64,000 bases of DNA from Narcine bancroftii (lineage: Eukaryota): positions 182,962,001 to 183,026,000 of the forward strand of contig NC_091473.1 in assembly GCF_036971445.1 (NCBI RefSeq), given 5' to 3'. Positions within the stretch are counted from its first letter, which is position 1; every line of letters starts with the position of its first letter. The position numbers and the translations under genes were made by a program. The notes under the pieces are model-generated. The model was not told the origin of the DNA. It did no database searches and saw only the letters and a program-made list of their open reading frames with translations. This document shows positions 11,032 through 23,265 of the stretch, one piece after another.

Positions 11032-11129
11032 GTAAGTTCAAAAAACTAAGTAGCTCTCTGTGCTAATTTTAATTGGGTGCTGTGGTTAATGTTGATGGAT
11101 GGCTTGTAGCAGAGCAGAATTCAAGTTCC

Positions 11130-12000
11130 AGTTTCAGCTTCTCAGGGCCGTGGGCTCAGCCTGCTTTGGTTCACGTTACTGACCCATGACTCCGGCATCG
11201 GGTCCAGCTCCAGCAGGGTTGTCACATTCACCGATAGCACGGCCGTCCTCGCCCTGCAGAGAAGAGGGGGAAACTCTTGTGAAGTGGTGCGAGAGCAGTG
11301 ACTGGGAGCCTCAAGATGAGGGAGGTGAACGTGGACTTCAGGAAGACCAGAAGCGACCACTCTCCCCACAAGTCCAGGCTCCCCGGAGTTCTCTCGACTT
11401 GTGACCTCTCGTGAACGCACAACATCTCCTCAGGAGTCAGTGGAGGTTCAGAACGACATCAGAAACCCCGGCAAATTTCAACAGAGGTGTTGGTGGAAAG
11501 TGCGCTGACCGGTTGCATCACGGTCTGGTACGGGGGACACCAATGCCCTCTGAGCATAAAGCCCCGCAAAAGGTAGTGGACACATAGGCAAAACCCTCCC
11601 CACCATCGAGAACATCTCCGGGGAACATTCGGAGAGTAGCAGTGATTATCAAGGACCCACACCGCCCAGCACACGCTCTGTTCTCGCTGCTGCCATCAGG
11701 AAAAAGGTGCAGGTACCAGAAGACTCGCCCCCTACCAGGTACAGGAACAGCAGCTCCCCCTCCACCATCAGACCCCTCAATCAGAGATTCATTTAAGGAC
11801 CCTGATTTTTGCACTTCACTGATTTCTCTCTCTCTGTATTGCACAGTCAGTTTGTTTACATTTCTTTATCTGTTTACGCTGTGTACAGATTTTTGTTATC
11901 TGCACATCCAATCAGTGGTAATCAGTGGCCCACAGGAGAAAAAGAATCTTAGGATTGTAGGTGAGGTGATGTACCTGACAATAAATCTGAAATCTGAATC
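11130..12000 (+). mobile_element. Rex-Babar/L2-like LINE 3' fragment
   Basis: Remnants LTGCITVWYG and IIKDPHRPAHALFSLLPSGKR; 3' tail ACAATAAATCTGAAATCTGAATC. It ends directly at the IgV exon acceptor. Confidence 0.75.
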
Positions 12001-12009
12001 TCTTTGCAG

Positions 12010-12357
12010 CTCTGGGAGTTCAAACCATTGCTGAGGAAGGACTTCTGGTTGGAAGAGCCGGCGATGAAATGAGCCTACCTTGCTCTTTCGCCGGCACTTT
12101 CATGAATCTAACCCTGGTCCAAGTGACATGGCTGAAGAAAACCGACGGCGGGAATGTGAACCTGGCCGTGTACAACCCCCAGTACGGGATGAGCTACCCT
12201 TCCAGGTCCAGCCGGGTCACGATGGCCAACTCTCCCACCCTGAGCTACACGCTGACCATCACCCCCTTGCAGTTGAGTGACCAAGGCCTTTACAACTGTG
12301 AAGTTAACACGTTTCCTGACGGCAAGCTGGAATTCCTCACCGATTTGACTGTTCTAG
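12010..12357 (+). CDS. Nectin/PVR-like receptor exon 2 (IgV domain)
   Basis: Acceptor tttgcag|, donor TAG|gtaggc, phase 1-1. LPC..VQVTW..DQGLYNC, with nectin signatures AX6G (AVYNPQYG) and TFPXG (TFPDG). Confidence 0.92.
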
Positions 12358-12479
12358 GTAGGCGACCGTGCCAGGCAGACCGTTGGCGCTGAAACCGGAC
12401 GGTCTGTTTTGCGCTGTGAGGTGACGTTGCAATAAAAGTAAACCCATTCCAAAGACAAAATAATGCAAAGTAATGCAAG

Positions 12480-15330
12480 ATTTAGATTTCAGATTTGTTA
12501 TCAGAGCACATACATGGTATCACGTCCATCCCTGAGATTATTTCTCCTGCAGGCAAGGCAAAATTCCCACTTATTGGTAGTGCAAGAAATGAACTGTACA
12601 CATAAACAAATAAAGAAATGTAAACAAACTGTGCAATACAGAGAGGAAAAAAATGCAAAGTCAAAAGTCCTTAAACGAGTCCCTGATTGAGTTTGTGGTT
12701 GAGGAGTCTGGTGGTGGAGGGGGGAGCAGCTGTTCCTGAACCTGGTGGGGGCGAGTCTTGTGGACCCAAGACCCTCTTTACTGATGAGAACAGAGAGTGT
12801 GCTGTGTGGATCCTTGACGATCGCTGCTGCTCTCCAACGGCAACGATTCCCTGGTAGGTGTACCCAAAGCTCTCTTCACAACCCTGCCCACCTGTGATGC
12901 CACTTTCAGGGAATTCTGTATCTGTATTCACAGATCCCTCTGTTCTACAGCACTCCTCGGTGCCCAGCCGTTCACCGTGTACGTCCGACCTTAGTTTGTC
13001 CTTCCAACGTGCCACATCTCATGCCTGTCTGCATTAAATTCCATCAGCCATTTTGCAGTCCACTTTTCCGTCTGGTCCATATCCCTCTACAAGCTTTGAA
13101 AACCTTCCGTACAGACCCCAGAACCACAAGAATCAAAATCTATTTATCATGAACATGTCAGGAAATGTGTTGTTTTGCAGTAGCATTTCAGGGCAAAAGT
13201 TTCTACGTAACTTTTTAAAAAATAAATAAATTTGTGCAAAAAGAAGAGAAAGTGAGGCTGTGTCTGTGGTTCACTGTCCGATCAGGAATCTGATGGCAGG
13301 GGGTGGGGGAAGAAGCTTATACTCGTGCTGCTGGGTGCTCGTCTTCAGGCTCCTGTATCACCTTCCTGGTGGTAGCAGAGTGAAGAGGGCATGGTCTAGG
13401 GATGGTGGGGTGGGGGGGGATCCTTGAAGATAGAGGCTGCTTTCTTGAGACACCCCCTCTCATAGGCGTCCTTGACGGAGTGAAGTCTGATGCCCTGCGA
13501 TGTCGCAGGCCAGGTTCACAACCCTCCGTTGGCCTTGTCCCGTCCTGTGCGTCGGCGCCTCTATGCCAGACCACGATGCAACTGGCCAGAATTTTCCCCA
13601 CGGTGCACCTGTGGAGATTCTTTTGTTGTCTCAGCAAATCTCCTCAACTTCCTCACGGTCAAGCTGCTGGCAAGTCTTCTTTCGCGGTGGGAGGCCCCAG
13701 GGCAAATCCTCAGAGATGGCGGCACACAGGAATTTGAAGTTCTTGACCCTCTCCATTGCCCTCAATGAGGGCCAGTTTGTGTTTTCCTCATTTCCCCCCC
13801 CGCCCTCCCTGAAGTCCACAATTACTTTCTTAGTTTTGCCATTGTTGAGTTCAAGGTTGTTGCTGTGATGAGCTGATCTACCTCCCTCCTGTACGCTTCC
13901 TCATTGTACAGAGGATGTGGAAAGGCTGCAGAAGGATAGAGTTAAGTGAGGTGAGTGGGCAAAGGTCTGGCCGATGGAGTACAACGTTAGTAAATGCGAG
14001 GTCATCCACTTTGCTAGGAAAAATAGAAGAGCCGAAAGACTGCAGCAGGTGCTGTTGTGCAGAAGGACTTGGGAGGGCTCATGCATGAATCGCAAAAAGT
14101 TGGGTTGCAACAGGTACAACTAGTTATTAAGAAGGCAAATGTTGGCCTTCATCGCTAGAGGAATTGAATTCAAGAGCAGGGAGACCACACTACAACTGTA
14201 CAAGGTCCTGGTGAAGCCACACCCGGAGCACTGGGTGCAGTTCTGGTCTCCGTACTTGAGGAAGGACAGTCTGGCCTTGGAGGCAGTGCAGAGGAGGGTT
14301 CACCAGGTCGATCCCGGAGATTAGGTGGGTTGACCTACGAGGAGAGACTAAATCGCCTGGGATTAGACTCACTCAAATTCTGAAGAATGAGGGGAGATCT
14401 TATAGAAACATATAAAATTATGAAAGGGATAGATAAGATAGAGGCAGGAGACTTATTTTCCCTGGGAGGAGAGACCAGAACTAGAGGGCACGGCCTCAAG
14501 ATTCGGGGGAGTAGATTTAAGATGGAGATGAGGAAAAACTGTTCCCCCCCCCCAGAGAGAAGAGAATCTGTGCAATTCTCTACCCAAGGAAGCAGTTGAG
14601 GCGACTTCATTAAACATATTTAGATAGATTTTTAGATTAAAGAAGGGAGTTAAGGGACATGGGGAAAAGGCAGGTGGGTGGAGATGAGTCAATGGTCGGA
14701 TCAACCGTGATCTCATTGAATGGGAGAGCAGGATTGATGGGCCGAATGGCCCACTCCTGCTCCTGTCTGGGCTTCAAAGTTCAGATAAATTGTCAGAGCA
14801 CATACATGGCTTCACATACAACCCTGAGATTTTTTTTCAGGCCACCCAGGCAGAATTTCAACTTAATGGTAGTGCAAAAAAAAACTTCACTCAAAAGAGA
14901 GAATTGTAAACAAAATGGTATAAACTGACTGTTCAATACAGAAAATAAATATTCTGCAGTTAATAAAGTGCACAGGTCAGCATCCTTAAATGAGCCCCTG
15001 ATTGAATTTGTCATTGAAAATTCTGATGGTGGAGGGGGAGTGGCTTTTCCTGAACCTGGTGGGGGCGAGTCTTGTGGTACCTACACCTCTTTCCTGATGC
15101 CAGCAGCGAGAAAAGAGCGTGTGCTGGGTGGTGTGGGTCCTTGATTATCGCCACTGCTACTCTCCGACGGCAGGGTTCCCCCCCCGTAGATGTTCTTGAT
15201 GGTGGGAGAGGGTTTTGCCCGTGATGTCCTGGACTGTGTCCACTACCTCTTGGAGGGCTTTCCGCTCAGAGGGATGGGTGTCCCCCCACCAGACGGTGAT
15301 GCAGCCACGCGCTGTCCACCACCTGGCGAC
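12480..15330. mobile_element. Cluster of Rex-Babar (-; 12480-12870, 13130-13900, 14770-15330) and CR1 (12870-13110 -, 13905-14770 +) fragments
   Basis: Translated remnants VERVKNFKFL, LYKVLVKPHPEHWVQFWSPYLRKD and MRGDLIETYKIMKG. Confidence 0.75.
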
Positions 15331-15364
15331 AATTGTTTATTCTCTGCAATTCTTCTCTCTCCAG

Positions 15365-15658
15365 TGAAGCCGTTGAGCAAGGTGGCCGCGGTTCCGGCAG
15401 AGGCCGCACCACTCGAAGTTCCGGTGGCCAACTGCACAGCGGCCAATGGGAAACCGGCAGCAGGTATCGCTTGGATTATGGGAATTCCAGGAAACATCAC
15501 CAACACGAGGATTGACCATGCAGATGGGACAGTTACCGTTCACAGCCAGTACAAAATAATACCCTCCAGCTCGGATGACGGCAGGAGTATGACTTGCCTG
15601 GTGACACACAAAGCCTTTGCAGAAGTGGTGAATTTGACTGTGACATTATCAGTGTCCT
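15365..15658 (+). CDS. Nectin/PVR-like receptor exon 3 (second Ig, C-type)
   Basis: Acceptor ctctccag|, donor T|gtaagt, phase 1-1. VANCTAANGKPAAGIAW..DGTVTVHSQY..DDGRSMTCLVTH. Confidence 0.92.
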
Positions 15659-15669
15659 GTAAGTCCACA

Positions 15670-16630
15670 AAACCATAAGACATAGGAGCAGAAATAGGCC
15701 ATTCAGCCCATCAAGTCTGCCTCATCATTTAATCATGAGCTGATCCATTCTCCCACTTAGCCCCACTCCCCATAATCTTTGATGCCCTGGCTAATCAAGG
15801 ACCTGTCGATCTCTGCCTTAAATACACCCAATGACCCGGCCTCCACAATCACCTGTGGCATCAAATTCCACAGATACACCATAGAATATCACAGCACAGA
15901 AATGAGCTCTTTCGCCCCCTCTAGTCTATGCCAAACCATTTTTTTTGCCTAGTCTCACTGACCTGTACCCAATCCATGTCCTTCCATATCCCTCCCATCC
16001 AAATTCTTTTTCAATGTTAAAATTGAGCCCCCGCATTCACCACTTCAGCTCATTCCACACTCCCACCACTCTCTGTGTGAAGAATTTCCTGCTAAACCTT
16101 TCCCCTTTCCCTCTGAACCCATGTCCTCTGTATCTTACCTTCCTTCAGTTGAAAAAGCCTGTCTACATTTACTCTGTCTACCCCCCTCATAATTTTAAAC
16201 CACCTCTCATTCTTCTATGCTTCAGGGAATAAAGTCCGAACCTGTTTAATCTTTCCCTGTGACTCAGTTCTTGAAGTCCAGGCAACATCCCAATAAATCT
16301 TCTCTGCCCTCTTTCTATCTTATTGAGATCTTTCCTGTAGTTCGGTGACCAAAACTGCACAAAATTCTCCAAATTTGGCCTCATCAATGTCTTGTACAAC
16401 TTCACCATAACATCCCAACTCCTGCATGCAATACTTTGACTTATGAAGGCCAACGTGCCAAAAACTCTCTTTACAACCCTATCCATACTTACAGAGAATT
16501 CTGTATCTGTATTCCCAGATCCCTCTGTTCAACCGCACGTCTCAGTGCCTGACCGTTCACCGTGTATGTCCAACCTTGGTTTGTCCTTCCAAAATGCAAC
16601 ACCCCATACTTGTCTGGATTCCATCAGCCG
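15670..16630 (-). mobile_element. CR1 fragments
   Basis: ORF 16187..16486 (-): LYKTLMRPNLENFVQFWSPNYRKD. Confidence 0.8.
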
Positions 16631-16885
16631 TGGTCATCCACTGCATCCAGTGCTCCTCGACGTTGGAGAGACTGAGGCGCAGACCGGGAGACCCCGCTTC
16701 GTTGAGCGCCTCGGCTCCGCCCGCCGTGGCAGCACGGGCCTCCCAGTGGCCGCCTATTTTCAATTCCCCGCCCCATTCCCTCGCTGGCGTGCCTGCCCAC
16801 TGTCTCGTGCACGGCCAGACGAAGACCACCTGCATATCAGAGGAACAACGCCTCATCTTCCATCTGGGCCGGTTTCCATTAACCC
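16620..16885 (+). mobile_element. Penelope-like GIY-YIG remnant
   Basis: VIHCIQCS..VGET..RFVERL..LPVAAYF..EEQRLIFHLG. Confidence 0.7.
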
Positions 16886-16896
16886 ACCCCCCCAAC

Positions 16897-17039
16897 NNNN
16901 NNNNNNNNNNNNNNNNNNNNNNNNNNNNNNNNNNNNNNNNNNNNNNNNNNNNNNNNNNNNNNNNNNNNNNNNNNNNNNNNNNNNNNNNNNNNNNNNNNNN
17001 NNNNNNNNNNNNNNNNNNNNNNNNNNNNNNNNNNNNNNN
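16897..17039. other. Assembly gap (N run) in nectin-like intron 3
   Basis: N characters. Confidence 1.
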
Positions 17040-17519
17040 GCCCCCTTCCCCAATCAATTCTCAACTTGCCTCTCTCCTGTATCCTAGTTTAACACCTTGG
17101 TCTTCACTCCTCCCCCATCCCTCCCTCTTTTCAGATGTATATCGTGGTAACGAGCCTGTGCCACCCAATTTACACCCCATTAGCCTAGCCTACAGCCCCC
17201 CCCCACCCCAGCACATTTCGAACAGTGGGAGGAAACCAGAAGCACCCCCCCCCAGGAAATCCCACGCAGAGAACGTACCAACTCCTTACAGACAGTGCGG
17301 GATTCGACCCGGTCCAATCGCTGGCGCTGTAAAGGTATTTACAGCTGCACCACCCGTGACACCTGCCTGCTTTTTACTCACACCTTGAAGGGCTCAGGCC
17401 CGAAACATCATCAACATATCTTTGTTTCCTACGGAAGCTGAGTTCCCCCATCAAATCTTAATTTTAACTGCAATCACAGCGTCTGTGGACCTTTGTGTAT
17501 TGTTGGTCTCCATTAATGA

Positions 17520-18350
17520 TCCAAGATTCAGAATTCTTTTATTGTCATATAGAATATGTAATATTACACAAAATTGCCTTCGACATGCTGTAAGGCAGAC
17601 AAGCCACCATTATTAGAGAAGCAAAAGAGCCCCCCGTCAGAGACACTGAATGTCTGTGGATTCGCCTGCCACATTCCTGCAGTCGCACGGACTCCTGTTC
17701 GATCCATCAGCTCCAGATCCGAAACCCCCACTGACTCGATATGGAAGCCCTTCAATGTGCTAGTCCCCTTTGGGAGCCCCTTCTTGCCCTCAACGCCCTC
17801 TTGAATTCCAGGCTCCGATACCTGATTCCCACTAGCGTGCCTCTGGCAGCCCGCAACCCATACCTGGCGTCAGGCCGCCCCCGCTGATCCGCAACCATGG
17901 CCATGGTCCTGTAGGGTTGTCTCCTCTGCTTTTCCTTCCAAACCTGGGGAGGCAGTGGGGGAGGGGAGGGGGGCGTGGCCATTTCTGGTGCCCTGCACCC
18001 CCACCCCCACCCCCGGAGTCTGCAACCCCCTCGAGGCCGCTGCCCAGCACAGGCCCGTAACTCGAGAGGCAGAGACTGAGTCACTGATTTATCCACAACG
18101 GACAGGGGCCTCATCCTGTGTTGTGGCCCAGGCTTTCTGGGGAAGGGGGTCAAGGCTTTATACAAGGTCAAAAGGGGAGGGGCCACTGGTGGAGTCACAG
18201 GACGGGGTGGAACAAGGAATACAGCAGGTTCACAGTGCTGCCATCTTTGCAAAAACCTCCGGGCTTGCACGATTTTAAATAAAAGCACAGTCAGCTCCTT
18301 TAGCAAGCCAGCACAGAGCCATTGGCATATGGACCAGACAGTAGGACCCT
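17520..18350 (-). mobile_element. Interspersed repeat, probably the long 3'UTR of a LINE (related copies near 25720-26090 and 29740-30400)
   Basis: The minus strand ends ATGACAATAAAAGAATTCTGAATCTTG. The three copies share ctcctctgct / ttctggtgccctgc / gattttaa-type blocks. Confidence 0.55.
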
Positions 18351-18521
18351 GTGGAAGTCCACCATTCCCTCCTCCCCCAGGGTCCCTGCCACCATTTTAT
18401 TTTCCTCCATGTGAATTTGATCTCCCTTTCACTTCCACGTCGTATGTTAAATTTACAATTTGTTTGAAATCAGTGGCATGGGATCCTCACGATTCATTTG
18501 TGCTTTCTTTTTCATGAACAG

Positions 18522-18639
18522 ACCCACCAGAAGTGATAATTACAGGATACAACGGAAATTGGTACATGAAAAATACGAACCACAGCCTCAGGTGCAATGC
18601 CAAGGCAAACCCCCCCGTTACAAGTTATCACTGGACAAT
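18522..18639 (+). CDS. Nectin/PVR-like receptor exon 4 (third Ig, first half; not shown in the ORF track)
   Basis: Acceptor ttttcatgaacag|, donor AT|gtaggt, phase 1-2. YPPEVIITGYNGNWYMKNTNHSLRCNAKANPPVTSYHWT is the typical nectin YPPEV..GYDGNW motif. Confidence 0.9.
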
Positions 18640-19133
18640 GTAGGTTGGCATCATTTTTAAACCGTTTCAAGGTTCAAAGTTTCTTCTAATTTTGCCATGT
18701 AATAATTCTGTACATTTTAAAACTGCAACATTCATAATACACATCAGCATCTGCACGTCGATAGGCAAACAGAGAGATGTCATGAGTATTGCCCAGTGCC
18801 CCTAACAGAGAGAAGCAAAAAAAAGTCCCTTCAGAGATGGTGACGTACAAACACCTCACAGACAGCGTGGGATTCGAACCGGGGTCATCGGTGCTGTAAC
18901 AGCATGGCTCTAATCATTATGTTAATGGTGCTGCTCACTGGGTTGTGTGTTTAGGGGAGACATCCTTCCCAGGGGCAGTGGTGGGAGGCTGGTACAATAG
19001 GGGCATTTAAGAGACTCTCAGAGAGGTGCATGGCTGGAGCAAAATAGAGGTAAGGAGGGTTTTGCTTTCTTATACATATAGGTCAGCAGAACATTGTGGG
19101 TCCAACTGTGCAGTAATGTTCCCTGTTATCCAG

Positions 19134-19303
19134 ATCCACAGGGTCCATCCCACCAACTGTCCAAAACATGGGTGATCATTTGATCATAACACTCGTTGAT
19201 TATTCCCTCAATGGCACGTGGACATGCGAGGCAACGAACTCCATTGGAAGAGGGCGGGGAGAAATTTCCATCGTGGTAAAGGAGCCGGACTTTGCTACAG
19301 CAG
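19134..19303 (+). CDS. Nectin/PVR-like receptor exon 5 (third Ig, second half)
   Basis: Acceptor ttatccag|, donor CAG|gtacat, phase 2-1. STGSIPPTV..LNGTWTCEATNSIGRG. Confidence 0.88.
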
Positions 19304-19344
19304 GTACATCTCCACTGTTAACAATGCTATGCATCGTCAACAGC

Positions 19345-20330
19345 GCGACTGTTGGTGGGAGACCAGGAAACTGGCCGGTGGCCAGGGGAGCAGATGGACG
19401 TTGTTTACCTCGATTTCCAGAAGGCACATAAAAGACTTTTTCATAAGGGTGTGTGGAGCTGGGGGAGATGTATTAGCATGGATAGAGGATTGGTTGACCA
19501 ATAGAAAGCTGAGAGTTGGGGTGCAGGAGTGTTTTTCTGGTTGGCAATCGGCAGTGAGCGGGGTACCTCAAGGGTCAGTGCTGGGGCCACAACTTTTCAC
19601 AATATACGTACATAAACGATCTGGAAAAAGGGACAGGGTGTCTAAGTTTGCTGGTGATACTCAATTGAGTGAAAAAGCAAATAGTGCAGAGGATACGGAG
19701 AGCCTGCAGGGAGATATCAATAGGATAAGTGAGTGGGAAAGGGTCTGGCGATCAGAGAACAATGTCAGTAAATGTGAGGTCATCCAGTTCAGAAGGAAAA
19801 ATGGAAGATCAGATTGTTATGTAAACGGCAAGCGATTGCAGCCATGCAGGACTGGGGAGAGCTTGCGCATGAATCGCAAAGGTTTTGGTCACTGAACTAC
19901 AGGAGAGATATCAATAAGATTGAAAGAGGGCAGAGAGGATATTGCCTGGACTTCAGGAACTGAGTTACAGGGAAAGGTTAAACAGGTCAGGACTTCATTC
20001 CCTGGAACGTTGAAGAATGTGGGGGAGATTTGATATTTAAAATGATGAGGGGGAGAGATGTTGGTCAGCTTTTCCCACTGGGTGAAATACAAAGCAGATA
20101 ACGTAAGTTAAAAGTGAAATGGGAAGAGATTAAGAGGAACATTAGGGGGAACTTGTTCACCCAGAGAGCAGTGGGAGTGCGGAACGAGCTGAAGTGGTGA
20201 ATGCGGGCTCAGGTTTAACATCTAAGAACAATTTTGATTGGTACCTGGATGGGTGGGGGGGTGGGGAGTAAGGGATATGGAGAGCTACGGACCAGGTGCA
20301 GGTCAGTGGGATGAAGGGCCGCATTGTTGC
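19345..20330 (+). mobile_element. CR1 RT fragments
   Basis: VSGVPQGSVLGPQLFTIY..SKFAGDT..SKCEVIQF, frameshifted. Confidence 0.85.
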
Positions 20331-20437
20331 ATGGTTCTGGACACCGTTTGACCTGCCAGGTTTCTCCATCATTGTGTATCTTCAGTGTCAGGGTATGGAT
20401 GTTCTAACTCCCCAACACGGTGTGCCTTATTTTATAG

Positions 20438-20551
20438 GTGAGCCCTTTGGTTCCACAGTGATCTACCTTGTAGTCGGGATTCTGGTTGCAGTGTTGATTG
20501 CAGTTGTGTTGCTAACCCTGGCAAGAAAGAAAGTGAGGCAGCGGGTTGCTG
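20438..20551 (+). CDS. Nectin/PVR-like receptor exon 6 (transmembrane)
   Basis: Acceptor ttttatag|, donor G|gtgagt, phase 1-1. VIYLVVGILVAVLIAVVLLTLA followed by basic RKKVRQR. Confidence 0.9.
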
Positions 20552-20979
20552 GTGAGTGAAGACTATCTGTTGGATGGATTGAAATGGTGGGGGGTGGGAA
20601 CCTATCTTTGTGCTTTGTTTCCTGTTGGGAGAGACCAGAACTAAAGGCCTTTCTGTTAGCCTGGTTGACAACTGGCCATGAACATATTCACCCTCAAGAC
20701 ACCCATGAACATGATCTTAAACCCACATCTCTCGTCTCGTCCCCCTTGGCCTCTTCCAGTCTCTCTCCCTCTTTCTTGAACCACAGAACATTACAGGCCC
20801 TTCTAGCCAAACTATTCTTCTATCTCATCCCACTGACCTGCCTCCCGGACATTAGCCACAATCGAGCCTGCACTCACCGCGTCAGTGGACAGCTCGTTCC
20901 ACATTCCCACCGCCCTCTGCGTGAAGACGCGCCCCCTCCCCCCCCCCCGCCTCCTACTCCCCCTGAACTTTGGGAAGCA

Positions 20980-21225
20980 TGGTCGGCGTAGCGGGTTCAC
21001 ACAGCGCTATTACGGAGCCAGCGACCCTGGTTCAAATCGGGCACTGTCCGTCGGGGGTTCGCATTTTCTCCCCGTATCTGAGAGGGATTCTTCCAGGTGC
21101 TCCAGTTTCTCCCCTGACCCCCCTCACTCTTCAAAACGTACGGGGGTTGTAGGCTAATTGGGTGGCATGGGCTCGTGGGCCGGAAGGACTTGCTGTATGT
21201 CCACATTTTAAAGATAAATTAAATT
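20980..21225 (+). mobile_element. tRNA-derived SINE, V-SINE/HE1-like (other copies near 17130-17360 -, 18845-18930 -, 22430-22625, 37405-37640, 40435-40640, 51300-51470)
   Basis: A/B-box-like head (ggcgtagcgg..ggttcaaatc), central ggtgctccagtttctccc domain and AT-rich tail. Confidence 0.7.
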
Positions 21226-21351
21226 AAATTGAACTTCTCCCCTCTCACCTGAACCCATGAATTTTGGTTTGTACCTCATCAAATCTCAGCTGTCTTTGTC
21301 TTTGTGTACCTCTCTCATTTTCTCTCTCTCTTCCCCTCCCACCACCTATCT

Positions 21352-21489
21352 NNNNNNNNNNNNNNNNNNNNNNNNNNNNNNNNNNNNNNNNNNNNNNNNN
21401 NNNNNNNNNNNNNNNNNNNNNNNNNNNNNNNNNNNNNNNNNNNNNNNNNNNNNNNNNNNNNNNNNNNNNNNNNNNNNNNNNNNNNNNNN
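21352..21489. other. Assembly gap (N run) in nectin-like intron 6
   Basis: N characters. Confidence 1.
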
Positions 21490-21858
21490 CAAAACAACCC
21501 CACCACAAACCTCAGAACTGCGTCGGTGTAGCATTTACATTGTCAGAAGACAGCAGTGTAACTAACTTTGGTGCTACATCCAGTTAGTTACACAGATTCC
21601 GCCCCCCCAATCTCTTCCGCCCTCCCTTTCTCCATCCTTCTTGTCATCCATCTCCCCCCTCACTCCCTCTCTCCCGTTTTTCCCTGCCACCCCATTCCTG
21701 CGCAGAGCATGGCCAATTATCTGGACATGATTGTGCAAATAAATAAAGTCCACTCAGCAGAAAACAATTACGACCTATTGAAGAACCTGCAGCTTGCATG
21801 CATTCACGAGGAATTGTCCCACGCAGAATCGCTTATTCTGATCTTGTTTTCCATACAG

Positions 21859-21893
21859 ACTCAAAGGAAAAGGTGAACTCTTGTCAGCGAAAG
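21859..21893 (+). CDS. Nectin/PVR-like receptor exon 7 (35-nt cytoplasmic mini-exon)
   Basis: Acceptor ttttccatacag|, donor AAG|gtaagg, phase 1-0. DSKEKVNSCQRK bridges the phases of exons 6 and 8. Confidence 0.75.
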
Positions 21894-22710
21894 GTAAGGA
21901 TCTCATGCACCATACGGTTATGGACCTCAGGCGAAAATCCCAAAGCTGAAATCTCTGTCCATTTTATCATTTATCTTCATCTTCGTTCAAAGGGGTTGTG
22001 GGCTTCACAGCTTTGAGCCAGCAGTCACTGGGGTGTTGGGGTTAGGGAGGGAGCACCTGCATTTTGACCCTGGTATAGAGAAGGAGCGGCTTGGTATTTC
22101 CAGTTGGGGATGGTGTGTTGCTTAGTGGGGAGTGGACTCTGACTCCGTCCTTAACCTACCCTTATCCTCCCATGGAACCAGGGTACACCATGGTGTGGAA
22201 AAAAGCCCCTTGACCCTTCTAGTCTGTGCCCAGTTCCTCCCTGACCTGCACCCTGGCCCATATCCCTCCAGATCCCTCTCATCTGTGTACCTGTCCAAAG
22301 TTTTCATGAATGTCGAAATTGAGCCTGTGTTCACTGCTACAGCAGGCAGCTCGCTTCACTCTCCCCCCCCACCCCCCACTCTCTGCGTGAAGTTCCCCTC
22401 AATGTACCCTTCCTTCCCCCACCCGGGCAGTTAGACCAGGTTCAATTCCAGCACTGTCTGTAAGGATTTTGTACCTTCTCCCCATGTCAACATGGATCTC
22501 CTCTGGGCACTCATGTTTCCTCCCACCCTCCTAAAATTAATTGGGTGTAATTGGGTGGCACGGGCTCGTGGGCTGAAATGTTCTGTTACGGTGCTGTAGG
22601 TCTAAATTGAAATGAAATGAAGTGTGCTGTTTGACTACTGAATTGTGTTTTTATCTCGATCAAATGCGCCCATTGACTTTTCTCTTTCACTACTTTTTTT
22701 TTCTAAACAG

Positions 22711-22830
22711 GGCAGTGAGTTTGTGGTCTTAGCAACTGTAAGCCTTAAGGTTATGGACTGTTCCCATCCTTCAAAGAGAGAGAATTGTGACCCAGAGACG
22801 ACAGAGCATTCCGAAACAGCGATGGGCTAG
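22711..22830 (+). CDS. Nectin/PVR-like receptor exon 8 (last coding exon); whole protein 411 aa
   Basis: Long polypyrimidine tract then aaacag|, phase 0. GSEFVVLATVSLKVMDC..SETAMG*. AATAAA at 23069 and 23110. Confidence 0.72.
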   Translation, partial: GSEFVVLATVSLKVMDCSHPSKRENCDPETTEHSETAMG

Positions 22831-23134
22831 ATTCTGAACCTTTCTCTCGCAAATGTTTATGAGGCGAATACACAATCAGGTATCGACCGCCTCAAGTCAA
22901 CGTTGTTGCAACTTTTCAATACCAGGATGGACAATGAGCCCCAAAAGCGTCACGCGTTACAAAGGATTTTGCAGTTTGTCTTCATCTGGAGTTGGCGCGT
23001 GATTCCTAATTCTTCATCTTCTTGCAGTCACTTTGTTGGGGGTGGGTGTGTTTTCCAGCAGCTTAAAGAATAAATCAACTCTCTCAGAAGTGTTGAGATG
23101 CTCGTAAGAAATAAAGTGAATACACAATATCGCA

Positions 23135-23265
23135 CGAATCAGAATCAGATTTGGAATCAAAATCAGAATTAGAATCAAAATCAGAATCAGAATCAAAATC
23201 AGAATCAAAATAAAAATCAGAATCAGAATCAAAATCAGAATCAGAAACAAAATCAGAATCAGATT
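23135..23265 (+). repeat. (AGAATC/AAAATC)n microsatellite
   Basis: Direct read. Confidence 0.95.

Noticed and set aside
16443-17388. Long ORFs spanning N runs (also 21245-21587)
   Set aside because: They are artefacts of translating through assembly gaps and repeat remnants.
20980-21060. tRNA-like A/B boxes here and in other copies
   Set aside because: There is no complete cloverleaf, and each is followed by a SINE body and tail.
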